From Gammaproteobacteria bacterium (GTDB lineage Bacteria; Pseudomonadota; Gammaproteobacteria; Ga0077536), in the NCBI GenBank assembly GCA_963662545.2, contig CAXXLL010000003.1:1408001-1472000 (forward strand): a stretch of 64,000 bases of DNA, written 5' to 3'. The notes below the pieces were generated by a model. The model was not told the origin of the DNA. It ran no database searches and saw nothing but the letters and a program-made list of their open reading frames with translations. Below are positions 11,115 to 22,443 of this stretch, in pieces (the first letter of the stretch is position 1; every line of letters starts with the position of its first letter). Both the position numbers and the translations under genes were made by a program.

Positions 11115-11912
11115 GCCTCAACGGGAAAGAGTGCTAATGCAGGGAGAATCACATGACCACGACATTGCAATTACAGTCCACCGTTCGAGCCAACGGCAAC
11201 CTCGAAGTATCGATCGTGAACGTCGAGGTGCCCACGCCTGGAGCGGACGAGGTCATCGTTCGTATCGAAGCGGCACCGATCAATCCATCGGACCTGGGAT
11301 TGCTGTTCGGGCCTGCTGACATCAGCGCTGCGAGCACCGCCGAACGCGATGGGATGCCACTGCTTACCGCACCGATCCCAGCCGAACTGCAGGCCAGCGT
11401 AACCGCACGAGTAGAGAAGGCGCTACCCGTTGGCAACGAGGGCGCGGGAGTCGTGGTAGAAGCAGGTACGTCGGATGCGGCCCAAGCGCTGCTTGGCAAA
11501 ACCGTAGCCCTTTGGGGCGGGGCAATGTATGCCCAATATCGTTCTACCTCCGCGCTTAGCTGCTTACCGCTACCAGAAGGGATTTCGCCTCGCGACGGCG
11601 CGTCCTGCTTCGTCAATCCGCTGACCGCTTTGGGTATGGTTGCAACGATGAAGCTGGAGCATCACAGCGCGCTGGTACACACCGCCGCAGCCTCGAACCT
11701 CGGTCAAATGCTGAACAAATTGTGTCTCGCCGACGACGTACCCTTAGTCAATGTTGTGCGTAACCCTGCGCAGGCAGAAATACTGCATGGCATCGGCGCG
11801 AAATATGTGTGTAATTCATGAGACGACAACTTTATGGACGAGTTAACAGACGCCCTGGCGGAAACAAACGCCACATTAGCGTTTGACGCCATCGCAGGGG
11901 GATCATTAGCTA

Positions 11913-13609
11913 GTGTCCGTCCATAAACAGGCATTTTCTTCGATGGGCACGGAGAAATCGAGGTGTTGAAAGTAGGTTGTTGGAGCGGTAGCGGCGGTTC
12001 GGTGGGGGTCGAAGGGCTCTTCGAGCGTAATTGTGAGTACGTTCGCCGGCCGCAGAGCGCTGCAACCCAAAGTCGCCCGTTCGACGATATCGAGGAGGTC
12101 AGTTAGTGCGAGTGAACGTCGCTATTCGAGTTGATAGCGCGCGAGCAGGCTGAGGTTGTAGGCGACCACAGAAGACCACACGTAGGCTTCGAAGTGCGGC
12201 AGGCTCTTCCAGGTGCAACGTGCCAATCCGTATGCACGCTTCAGGCAGGAGATACCGGCCTCGATGCCGGCGCGGAAGTTGCGCAAGCGTCGATAGACCC
12301 ACTGACTCTTGACCATGTCGGCGATCGCGAGCCCGCGCTTCTTGTGGAAGGCAACGTCTTCGATGCCTTCTGCTTTCGCCGCCCGGAGATTGTCGAGGCT
12401 CGCATAGCCGCCATCGGCGGCGACCTGTCGTGGCATCGTCCCGTAGTGTGTTCGATGCCGTTCGAGCATCGGCATGAAGCGCTGACTATCGACCGGATTG
12501 CCTCGCTCGATGACCACGTCGAGGATGAGGCCACTGCGCCCCGAAGCCAGATTGATTTTGTGTCCGTACTGAACGTCGCGCGCACCCTTTATGATGATGT
12601 CGGTATGCGGCTCGAACAAGCTCACGCACTTCTCGCTCGCGGGGACCTTCTCACCGCCGAACACCCGCCGCTCAGTTTGCGAAATCACCTGCAGAACAAG
12701 TGTTTCGTAGTGCGCTACCTGCGCTAGCCAGTCCGGCAGTTCAACGCCGGTGACGCCCGGGCTCAGCAGCTGCTCACGTACCCTCGCTACCGCTTCCAAG
12801 GTTGAACGCGTCGCCCCAATCAAATCGCGATACAGACGTTGGCGTTGCTTCGCACCACGCGCATACCACAGCGCCCGCGCACGCTTCTTCGCCAATCGAG
12901 TGTGGTTCACGAAGCACAACTCCGGCGCGCCAGGCAACTCGCGCGCCTGTGCGAGCAGACGAACCACAACACGCACGCCATCCCACAGCAGATGACTGTC
13001 GCTCGGCGCGTGGATGGCACTGTCCGTTACCGTGCTATCAATCCGTACACGCTGTGCCGGCTCAATGCGCGTCTCTTTCGCCGTCGCCAGCAGGGCGCGA
13101 TGAATAGACTCCCACGTCGATACCTGGATCGCCGAGACCACCCGCTGTAAGGCAGACTTCTTCGGACGTTCATTACCCGGCAACCGGGCGAAGGCCTGAA
13201 AGCTCGCCGAGTCCTGCAGGTGAAAGGCCAGCTCCTCGTAACTCAATTGCCGGTGCTGCTTGAGCACCGCGCAGCGCAGCACCGACTCCGCCGACAGTCC
13301 GCGTCGACCGGTGGGCTTCAAACCCCGCCGACACAGATCGTTCATGACCGGCGTGAGGACCTTGGGGTGAGCATCGAGCCACTCGGACATGCCCTGCAGC
13401 TCTCGCCCCAGGTCATGGTCAGCAAACAGCTCGTATATACTCGCTTGGGCCGTGCGTTTCTGACGCATTCCCCCTCCTGTGGTGTCGATGATTGTGTGGA
13501 AAATCAGAGGTTTGAAGTTCCATTAGATCACGACCCACCGGAGGTTTCGATCCCTTAAGCGACAAATTTTCCTTTTTATTTCAACCGCATCGCGTTTAGG
13601 GATGCACAC
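11913..13609 (-). mobile_element. ISNCY-type IS, array A copy 1 (transposase 12122-13468)
   Basis: 1697 bp; IRs GTGTCCGTCCATAAAC / GTTTAGGGATGCACAC; flanked by TAGCTA; 448-aa DDE transposase (RIDSTV, ADGGY, RAGIEAGIS). Confidence 0.93.
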
Positions 13610-13615
13610 TAGCTA

Positions 13616-15305
13616 GTGATAAACAGGCATTTTCTTCGATGGGCACGGAGAAATCGAGGTGTTGAAAGTAGGTTGTTGGAGCGGTAGCGGCGGTTCGGTG
13701 GGGGTCGAAGGGCTCTTCGAGCGTAATTGTGAGTACGTTCGCCGGCCGCAGAGCGCTGCAACCCAAAGTCGCCCGTTCGACGATATCGAGGAGGTCAGTT
13801 AGTGCGAGTGAACGTCGCTATTCGAGTTGATAGCGCGCGAGCAGGCTGAGGTTGTAGGCGACCACAGAAGACCACACGTAGGCTTCGAAGTGCGGCAGGC
13901 TCTTCCAGGTGCAACGTGCCAATCCGTATGCACGCTTCAGGCAGGAGATACCGGCCTCGATGCCGGCGCGGAAGTTGCGCAAGCGTCGATAGACCCACTG
14001 ACTCTTGACCATGTCGGCGATCGCGAGCCCGCGCTTCTTGTGGAAGGCAACGTCTTCGATGCCTTCTGCTTTCGCCGCCCGGAGATTGTCGAGGCTCGCA
14101 TAGCCGCCATCGGCGGCGACCTGTCGTGGCATCGTCCCGTAGTGTGTTCGATGCCGTTCGAGCATCGGCATGAAGCGCTGACTATCGACCGGATTGCCTC
14201 GCTCGATGACCACGTCGAGGATGAGGCCACTGCGCCCCGAAGCCAGATTGATTTTGTGTCCGTACTGAACGTCGCGCGCACCCTTTATGATGATGTCGGT
14301 ATGCGGCTCGAACAAGCTCACGCACTTCTCGCTCGCGGGGACCTTCTCACCGCCGAACACCCGCCGCTCAGTTTGCGAAATCACCTGCAGAACAAGTGTT
14401 TCGTAGTGCGCTACCTGCGCTAGCCAGTCCGGCAGTTCAACGCCGGTGACGCCCGGGCTCAGCAGCTGCTCACGTACCCTCGCTACCGCTTCCAAGGTTG
14501 AACGCGTCGCCCCAATCAAATCGCGATACAGACGTTGGCGTTGCTTCGCACCACGCGCATACCACAGCGCCCGCGCACGCTTCTTCGCCAATCGAGTGTG
14601 GTTCACGAAGCACAACTCCGGCGCGCCAGGCAACTCGCGCGCCTGTGCGAGCAGACGAACCACAACACGCACGCCATCCCACAGCAGATGACTGTCGCTC
14701 GGCGCGTGGATGGCACTGTCCGTTACCGTGCTATCAATCCGTACACGCTGTGCCGGCTCAATGCGCGTCTCTTTCGCCGTCGCCAGCAGGGCGCGATGAA
14801 TAGACTCCCACGTCGATACCTGGATCGCCGAGACCACCCGCTGTAAGGCAGACTTCTTCGGACGTTCATTACCCGGCAACCGGGCGAAGGCCTGAAAGCT
14901 CGCCGAGTCCTGCAGGTGAAAGGCCAGCTCCTCGTAACTCAATTGCCGGTGCTGCTTGAGCACCGCGCAGCGCAGCACCGACTCCGCCGACAGTCCGCGT
15001 CGACCGGTGGGCTTCAAACCCCGCCGACACAGATCGTTCATGACCGGCGTGAGGACCTTGGGGTGAGCATCGAGCCACTCGGACATGCCCTGCAGCTCTC
15101 GCCCCAGGTCATGGTCAGCAAACAGCTCGTATATACTCGCTTGGGCCGTGCGTTTCTGACGCATTCCCCCTCCTGTGGTGTCGATGATTGTGTGGAAAAT
15201 CAGAGGTTTGAAGTTCCATTAGATCACGACCCACCGGAGGTTTCGATCCCTTAAGCGACAAATTTTCCTTTTTATTTCAACCGCATCGCGTTTAGGGATG
15301 CACAC
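13616..15305 (-). mobile_element. ISNCY-type IS, array A copy 2 (transposase 13818-15164)
   Basis: Identical transposase; 7-bp deletion in the IR at ~13619. Confidence 0.92.
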
Positions 15306-15311
15306 TAGCTA

Positions 15312-17008
15312 GTGTCCGTCCATAAACAGGCATTTTCTTCGATGGGCACGGAGAAATCGAGGTGTTGAAAGTAGGTTGTTGGAGCGGTAGCGGCGGTTCG
15401 GTGGGGGTCGAAGGGCTCTTCGAGCGTAATTGTGAGTACGTTCGCCGGCCGCAGAGCGCTGCAACCCAAAGTCGCCCGTTCGACGATATCGAGGAGGTCA
15501 GTTAGTGCGAGTGAACGTCGCTATTCGAGTTGATAGCGCGCGAGCAGGCTGAGGTTGTAGGCGACCACAGAAGACCACACGTAGGCTTCGAAGTGCGGCA
15601 GGCTCTTCCAGGTGCAACGTGCCAATCCGTATGCACGCTTCAGGCAGGAGATACCGGCCTCGATGCCGGCGCGGAAGTTGCGCAAGCGTCGATAGACCCA
15701 CTGACTCTTGACCATGTCGGCGATCGCGAGCCCGCGCTTCTTGTGGAAGGCAACGTCTTCGATGCCTTCTGCTTTCGCCGCCCGGAGATTGTCGAGGCTC
15801 GCATAGCCGCCATCGGCGGCGACCTGTCGTGGCATCGTCCCGTAGTGTGTTCGATGCCGTTCGAGCATCGGCATGAAGCGCTGACTATCGACCGGATTGC
15901 CTCGCTCGATGACCACGTCGAGGATGAGGCCACTGCGCCCCGAAGCCAGATTGATTTTGTGTCCGTACTGAACGTCGCGCGCACCCTTTATGATGATGTC
16001 GGTATGCGGCTCGAACAAGCTCACGCACTTCTCGCTCGCGGGGACCTTCTCACCGCCGAACACCCGCCGCTCAGTTTGCGAAATCACCTGCAGAACAAGT
16101 GTTTCGTAGTGCGCTACCTGCGCTAGCCAGTCCGGCAGTTCAACGCCGGTGACGCCCGGGCTCAGCAGCTGCTCACGTACCCTCGCTACCGCTTCCAAGG
16201 TTGAACGCGTCGCCCCAATCAAATCGCGATACAGACGTTGGCGTTGCTTCGCACCACGCGCATACCACAGCGCCCGCGCACGCTTCTTCGCCAATCGAGT
16301 GTGGTTCACGAAGCACAACTCCGGCGCGCCAGGCAACTCGCGCGCCTGTGCGAGCAGACGAACCACAACACGCACGCCATCCCACAGCAGATGACTGTCG
16401 CTCGGCGCGTGGATGGCACTGTCCGTTACCGTGCTATCAATCCGTACACGCTGTGCCGGCTCAATGCGCGTCTCTTTCGCCGTCGCCAGCAGGGCGCGAT
16501 GAATAGACTCCCACGTCGATACCTGGATCGCCGAGACCACCCGCTGTAAGGCAGACTTCTTCGGACGTTCATTACCCGGCAACCGGGCGAAGGCCTGAAA
16601 GCTCGCCGAGTCCTGCAGGTGAAAGGCCAGCTCCTCGTAACTCAATTGCCGGTGCTGCTTGAGCACCGCGCAGCGCAGCACCGACTCCGCCGACAGTCCG
16701 CGTCGACCGGTGGGCTTCAAACCCCGCCGACACAGATCGTTCATGACCGGCGTGAGGACCTTGGGGTGAGCATCGAGCCACTCGGACATGCCCTGCAGCT
16801 CTCGCCCCAGGTCATGGTCAGCAAACAGCTCGTATATACTCGCTTGGGCCGTGCGTTTCTGACGCATTCCCCCTCCTGTGGTGTCGATGATTGTGTGGAA
16901 AATCAGAGGTTTGAAGTTCCATTAGATCACGACCCACCGGAGGTTTCGATCCCTTAAGCGACAAATTTTCCTTTTTATTTCAACCGCATCGCGTTTAGGG
17001 ATGCACAC
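15312..17008 (-). mobile_element. ISNCY-type IS, array A copy 3 (transposase 15521-16867)
   Basis: Identical 1697-bp copy; TAGCTA at 15306-15311 and 17009-17014. Confidence 0.93.
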
Positions 17009-17456
17009 TAGCTAGCCAGATTCTGACTGCGATGGAGCGCGTGGCCGGGCGCGATTCGTCGCCGTCAAACCGTTACGGTTCGACCACGCACAAGCAAGTC
17101 TATCTGTATGGTGTACTCGATAGCTCTCCCACTGTGCTGAATCGAAGTTATGGTATGGCTTGGGGGGTCGGAGGCTGGCTGCTCCCAAATTTCCTCGCTC
17201 GAGTTGGCACCGAAAAGGGCGATGAACTTCGTCAACGCGTCGCAAGTGAGATCACCACCACCTTTGCGAGCCACTACACGCAGGTCATTTCGCTAGCGGA
17301 AGCGCTGCAGGTGCAGACTGCGCAACGTTATCAGCGCAAAGCCACCGGAGAGAAGTATTTGATCAATCCGAATAAGAACCCTTGACCAAGTCATCCTGCG
17401 ATGGCCTTGGTCAAAGGCCAAAGGGGACACCCATGATACTTTTTCAGGTCTCCTGC

Positions 17457-18242
17457 TTAATCCTGACGGGATAGAAAACCCAAAATGACGCGATTGAATG
17501 CTTCGGGTTTTTCGGCGTACCCGATGTGACCCACGCCGTCGATCAAATGGTACTCGGAGCCTTCGATGCGCTCGCTGAGCGCCTGACCTTTCTCCGGGGG
17601 AATGACGCGGTCTTCGCTACCCGAGACAACGATGGTGGGGCAACGAATTTGATGCACCCGGTCGGTCAAATCGAATACCGCCAGGGCGCCAGCGAGTACA
17701 TGCACGTATGGTTCAAGTTCGTTATCCGCGATCATTTCGCGCAACCATTCCTCCACGAACGGATCCGCCGGTTGTGCCAGGGCCTGTGATGCAACGAGCC
17801 CCGCGTATTTATCCATCGAGTCCTTTTTAAGCGCTTCCAACCGCTCGGTCATGACGTCCTCCGGAATACCGAGTTCGGATCCCGTATGGCAAAGCATCAC
17901 GCTGCGAACAAGATCCGGTGCTTTGAGCGCGATCGTCTGCGCGATGAAACCACCCATAGACACGCCGAGAAAATGGACCGCCGGGAGATCCAGCTCGCGG
18001 CAGACACCGATCACATCATCGGTCATCAATTCGATTGAATAGTCCTCGGCATTCGGCGGTTTACTGGAGCGACCGAAGCCGCGCAAATCGAGTGCGATCA
18101 CGTGATATCGCTCCGCAAAGGGTCGCACTTGATGGACCCATAAACTCGCATTCGCACCCAACCCGTGAATGAGCACCAGCGGTTCACCCTGCCCCCATTG
18201 CCTAACATTGAGGCCAACGTTTCCAATCTGCATTAAGGCCAT
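17457..18242 (-). CDS. alpha/beta fold hydrolase (3-oxoadipate enol-lactonase-like)
   Basis: LIHGLG, DLRGFGRS, GVSMGG nucleophile elbow, catalytic D and H (GSED, GH). Confidence 0.92.
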   Translation of the reverse strand: MALMQIGNVGLNVRQWGQGEPLVLIHGLGANASLWVHQVRPFAERYHVIALDLRGFGRSSKPPNAEDYSIELMTDDVIGVCRELDLPAVHFLGVSMGGFIAQTIALKAPDLVRSVMLCHTGSELGIPEDVMTERLEALKKDSMDKYAGLVASQALAQPADPFVEEWLREMIADNELEPYVHVLAGALAVFDLTDRVHQIRCPTIVVSGSEDRVIPPEKGQALSERIEGSEYHLIDGVGHIGYAEKPEAFNRVILGFLSRQD

Positions 18243-18309
18243 CGAAGGGATCTCCGATTAAATTACGGTAAGATTATATGCAGGTTGGATGCGCCAACCG
18301 CAGCTTGAT

Positions 18310-18645
18310 GTCGATACACCCAACCACTGATAGCGCGCATACCACCGATAAAACGTCGGCCTCGATACGCCCAGCGTCGCCAGAGTTCGCCCAGCTGACA
18401 GATGCGACCGCTCGACCAAACGGATAATCTCAAGCTTCTCTGATACGGGAAGCCTCATTCTCGGTCGGCCCCATCCCTTAAGCCATGCTTTTTTTGAGCA
18501 GGCGGTTCTCCAGCAGCGTCTCGGCCAACGCCTCCTTCAAATCACCCGTCTCCCGGCGCAGGCTCCTGACCTCATCAGAGGTCGCTTCACGGGCCGTATC
18601 CCCGGACAACCGTTTCTTACCCGCTTCCAAAAACTCCTTCGACCC
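18310..18645 (-). mobile_element. IS3-family transposase internal fragment
   Basis: SKEFLEAGKKRLSGDTAREATSDEV...LLKKSM followed by SEKLEIIRLVERSHL...TFYRWY; no ends seen. Confidence 0.8.
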
Positions 18646-18924
18646 GCCTGCAACGATTTAAGCCGTAATCACATAACCAATGACGCCGCTACTCTCTTTC
18701 GAGAAAATCACAGCCAATGCGTCAAACTCCAGATACCAGACGACAAAAAGTGAGACTACGGCGGCGATTGGCTCTTTGAGATCTTTGCCGTCAATCTTCT
18801 TGATTACCGGCTGCCACTCGAACGGAACAGCCAATGCCCTCTCTATAGCGAAAGAAAGAAACACAATGGCGCCGATCGCTTCCGCCGCGACGTCCGAATT
18901 AATTCCAAACATCATGGGATCCAT
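18640..18924 (-). pseudogene. small membrane protein with premature TAA, truncated
   Basis: Hydrophobic ORF; the frame continues ITA*IVAGGSK and fuses to the IS3 fragment. Confidence 0.6.
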
Positions 18925-19057
18925 AGCTAAATCCTTTTGAGTGCCGTTAGTGAAGTTTGTTGAAACGTTTTCAGAGGCTGTCTGTTTATAATTCTCAGGG
19001 ACGGATGGTTAGAGATCGGAAATTGCTGAAGCATTCCGTAACCCTAGAAGGGCAGCG

Positions 19058-21121
19058 TTACTCTTTCCAGTTTGTAGCAAACTGGTCTAGAGGAAACTTG
19101 TATTTGAGCCCAATGTAGTATTGCAGCTCATCCTCTACCGAGTTTTCGATGCTGTTGTCGTCGGTCACGGTCCTTCCAAAGCCGACATAAGCGTCAAAGC
19201 TTATTGGCTCTAAGATTAGTCGGCGCGACCAATCTTTCGACTTGAGGGTTCCCCAAGCTGTGTTGGACTTCATGCTTCGGTATTTGTTTATCGCAGCCTG
19301 CCCACCAAACAGGAAATACAGGTCGCGAATGATTGGCTTGCCGAAATACCCGAATTTGACGCTGTAAGCCGTCTCGTCTTCATCAAGCTGTTCGGTGATA
19401 CCAGTGGCGCCCGCAATCTCACTTCCGGTGGTATTGGTCCAACCAAGGTCTCCCTTGAAGGCAGCACTTCCAAGCAGGACGTTCCATCCGAGATTCTCGA
19501 CATACTCCTTATCTCGGAGCTGACGTTTTTCCGAGTAAGTCAGCTTCGCCGGTGCATCGCTGGTTGAGTTTACTGATTGCGCGGCCGCATTGACTGTCGC
19601 TACGAAAGCCAAAGCGACCATAAATAGTCGTCCCTGAAAAAGCGCCCATATGATTGAAAAACTGAGGAACTTTGTCTCGAATGGTCGATCCGATCTTGCA
19701 AGGTATTGACAGTGTGGCGGTCAAAAGCTTGCAAAAAAGGAGGGGCGATGAAACCGAGAGAGACAGAGAAAAGCGATGTTGGGGATTTGTTCCGTGAGCG
19801 TCTTGAGAATCTGATCGATTGTCGGCATCCGCTGGCGAAGTTGTCGGAGGTGGTCGACTGGCCGGTGTTCGAGGAGGCGTTCGGTGCGTTGTATGACGCA
19901 GAGCAAGGGCGGCCTGGTGTCCCGATCCGATTGATGGTTGGGCTGCATTATTTGAAACACGCGTTTGACCGGTCAGACGAAGAAGTGGTGTTGGGCTGGG
20001 TCGAGAATCCGTACTGGCAGTATTTTTGTGGTGAGGAATATTTTCAACATCGGCTGCCAATCGATCCTTCACAGATGATGCGTTTTCGCCAGCGGATAGG
20101 TGAAGCGGGCTGCGCGTTGATGTTGAAGCAGACGGTGGCGGTGGGACTCAAGACGAAGACCATAACGCGGCGGTCGTTTGCAAGCGTGACGGTGGACACG
20201 ACGGTGCAGGAGAAAGCGGTGGCGTTTCCGACCGATGCACGCTTGTATCATAAGGCGCGGGTAGGGTTGGTCAGAGAGGCGCAGCGCTCGGGGGTGGCGT
20301 TGCGTCAGAGTTACGTGCGCGTGGGTAAGCGTGCCTTATTTATGCACAACCGCTATCTGGCGGCGCGGCAGAATCGACGGGGTCGTCGTCAATTGAGGAA
20401 GCTGAAGGTGTATTTAGGCCGGGTATTGCGGGATATTGATCGCAAGCTTCAGAGCGTGGCGCCGGCGCAGCGCGCGGCCTTGGAAGCCTTAATGCCGCCG
20501 GTCCGGCGGCTGTTGAAGCAAGGCCGCAAGGATCGCAACAAGCTCTACAGCATTCATGCGCCGGAAGTGGAGTGTCTGGCCAAAGGCAAGAGCCACAAAC
20601 GCTATGAGTTTGGCGTGAAGGTCAGTGTCGCGACCGGCACCAAGAATAATTTTGTATTTGGCATGCAGAGCCTGCCGGGTAATCCTTATGATGGCCATAC
20701 GTTGTGTGATGCGCTTGACCAAGTCGAACACATGACCGGTCGACGACCGGCGCATTGTTTTGTTGATCGCGGATACCGAGGTCACGATGAGACCGCTACG
20801 ACGGTCATCGTGGCGGGGCAGAAGCGTGGCATGACGCCCAGCTTGAAACGACAACTAAAACGTCGCAATGCGATCGAGCCCGTGATTGGCCATCTGAAAT
20901 CTGACGGTCGATTGGATCGAAATTACCTCAAGGGAACCCTCGGCGACAGCATGAATGCGCTGCTGGTCGGTGCCGGACACAACATCCGCCTGTTACTGCG
21001 CACGCTGAGGTTATATTTTGTGCCGTTCTTAGGCGCCTTTGACCCGCCCGACACGCCACGACCTTGCCGCGCTGCATGAAAACCGGGTTTTTCAGGGACG
21101 ACTAAATAGTTGTTTGGGCAT
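19058..21121 (-). pseudogene. exported, possibly outer-membrane beta-rich, hypothetical protein split by IS5 in its signal peptide
   Basis: Removing the IS and one TAAATA restores GGAG RBS + MPKQLF-MVALAFVATVNAAAQ. Confidence 0.7.
19627..21102 (+). mobile_element. IS5-family IS (transposase ~19748-21079)
   Basis: IRs GTCGTCCCTGAAAAA / TTTTTCAGGGACGAC; TSD TAAATA; VDTTVQEK, VDRGYRG, IEPVIGHLK. Confidence 0.93.
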
Positions 21122-21766
21122 TTTGGTGTCTCCATGATTCTTCTTTCTCTATTCTTAGGGGGAAGACAGCCGAGCAGAAACAGGTCGCACCTAAAAGTGT
21201 GCTTAACTGGTGTCGGTTCTATTTGCGGTCCCAAAAGCAATTTTGGGCCAGAGCATCGCATGCTCCAAACTCGCCGTTATGCGAATCCCAAACCTGCGAT
21301 TCACTCCTCCCCTCCGTAAGTCCAGCAGAACTAGACCAGTGAGACTCAAAGCTACCTTTCTTAAACTCGGTATGTAAACCAAGATACATTACGACTCAAT
21401 TAAACGTACCCAAGATAGGTTAGAGCACGTCGTTAATGTAAAAGGCACACTCCTCATCACTGACGATGTACATAGCATGGCCGCAAATTTGGGGGAAAAG
21501 TCGGAGACTCCTGCTGGTACCGCCTAGAAAGTCCAATATTGGAAGGTCGTAGCAATTTAATTCCAAAATCCAATTTTAGAAATCGCAATCCACCCTATTT
21601 GGGGCAGATTGGTAAAACATCGCACGTACTACAAGTTGATTGGGACAACAGGACACAGCAGTGTTCGTGGTCGGTACAACGTAACCGGTCAATCCAGGCC
21701 GTTATTCACGGTCTCGGGCAGATGGTTTAGTTTGCCAGGTTTCCCAGTCAATCGGGAGCTTGGTAA

Positions 21767-22057
21767 ATGAATGATCACGGAAAACCTCGGAACAAACGAC
21801 GTAGTGCGGATGAGTGGCGTGGCCTATTAGCGGAGCAGGCACAAAGCGGTTCATCGATCCGCGCATTCTGTGCTGAGCGAGGAATTGGATATTCGACGTT
21901 CAGTAAAAGGAAGTCGAGGTCAGCGAGGGACGCTCAGATAGGGAAGGCGGAAACACGTTTCGTCGAGTTGGCCCCGTTACAACCATTAACCAATGCACAA
22001 TGGGATATCGAGTTAGCGCTCGGTGATGACATCGTGCTACGTGTGTCACGGCACTGA
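21767..22057 (+). CDS. tnpA: IS66 accessory protein TnpA
   Basis: HTH SGSSIRAFC...FVEL; first ORF of the IS66. Confidence 0.85.
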   Translation: MNDHGKPRNKRRSADEWRGLLAEQAQSGSSIRAFCAERGIGYSTFSKRKSRSARDAQIGKAETRFVELAPLQPLTNAQWDIELALGDDIVLRVSRH

Positions 22058-22425
22058 TGTGGTCGCCCCCATCGGGTTTGCGTATATGGTTATGTCGGGC
22101 ACCGACTGATATGCGTCAATCGTTCCATGGTTTATCGGCGTTGGTGCGGCAGGCGTTACACGAGGAGCCCCTCGATGGGGCACTGTACGTTTTCATCAAT
22201 CGCCGGCGTACGTTATTAAAAGCGCTGTACTTTGAGTCGGACGGATATTGTCTGTGGAGTAAGAAACTCGAACGCGGTCAGTTCCAGGTTCGGTGGAATA
22301 GCGAGGTCAAACAGCGGCTGCAACGCAGCGAATGGCAGTGCATTATTGAAGGGATCGATCTACGCTCAGTGCGTCGATTAAAACGGTTTCGATTACCGGA
22401 AAACGATCGACGGTCAGCAGTGTAA
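22057..22425 (+). CDS. tnpB: IS66 accessory protein TnpB
   Basis: TDMRQSFHGL, VFINRRR, KLERGQF. Confidence 0.92.
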   Translation: MWSPPSGLRIWLCRAPTDMRQSFHGLSALVRQALHEEPLDGALYVFINRRRTLLKALYFESDGYCLWSKKLERGQFQVRWNSEVKQRLQRSEWQCIIEGIDLRSVRRLKRFRLPENDRRSAV

Positions 22426-22443
22426 ACGGTACAATACGTACCC

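Larger units (their letters stand above)
11153..17385 (+). pseudogene. zinc-binding (MDR) dehydrogenase/NADH oxidase-like gene with an in-frame TGA (11819) and a triple IS insertion
   Basis: APINPSDL, GNEGAG, FVNPLTALGM; the frame continues past TGA (DDNFMDEL...GGSLAS) and resumes after 17014 (QILTAMER...GEKYLINP). Confidence 0.92.

Noticed and set aside
12099-16957. Numerous overlapping short ORFs inside IS copies and GC-rich genes
   Set aside because: Alternative-frame or antisense shadows with no protein-like motifs
21130-21680. Short ORFs in the AT-rich spacer
   Set aside because: No recognisable motifs or RBS; probably promoter or decayed DNA
22057-22425. RNA-guided TnpB nuclease
   Set aside because: This is the unrelated 122-aa IS66 accessory TnpB with no RuvC or zinc finger
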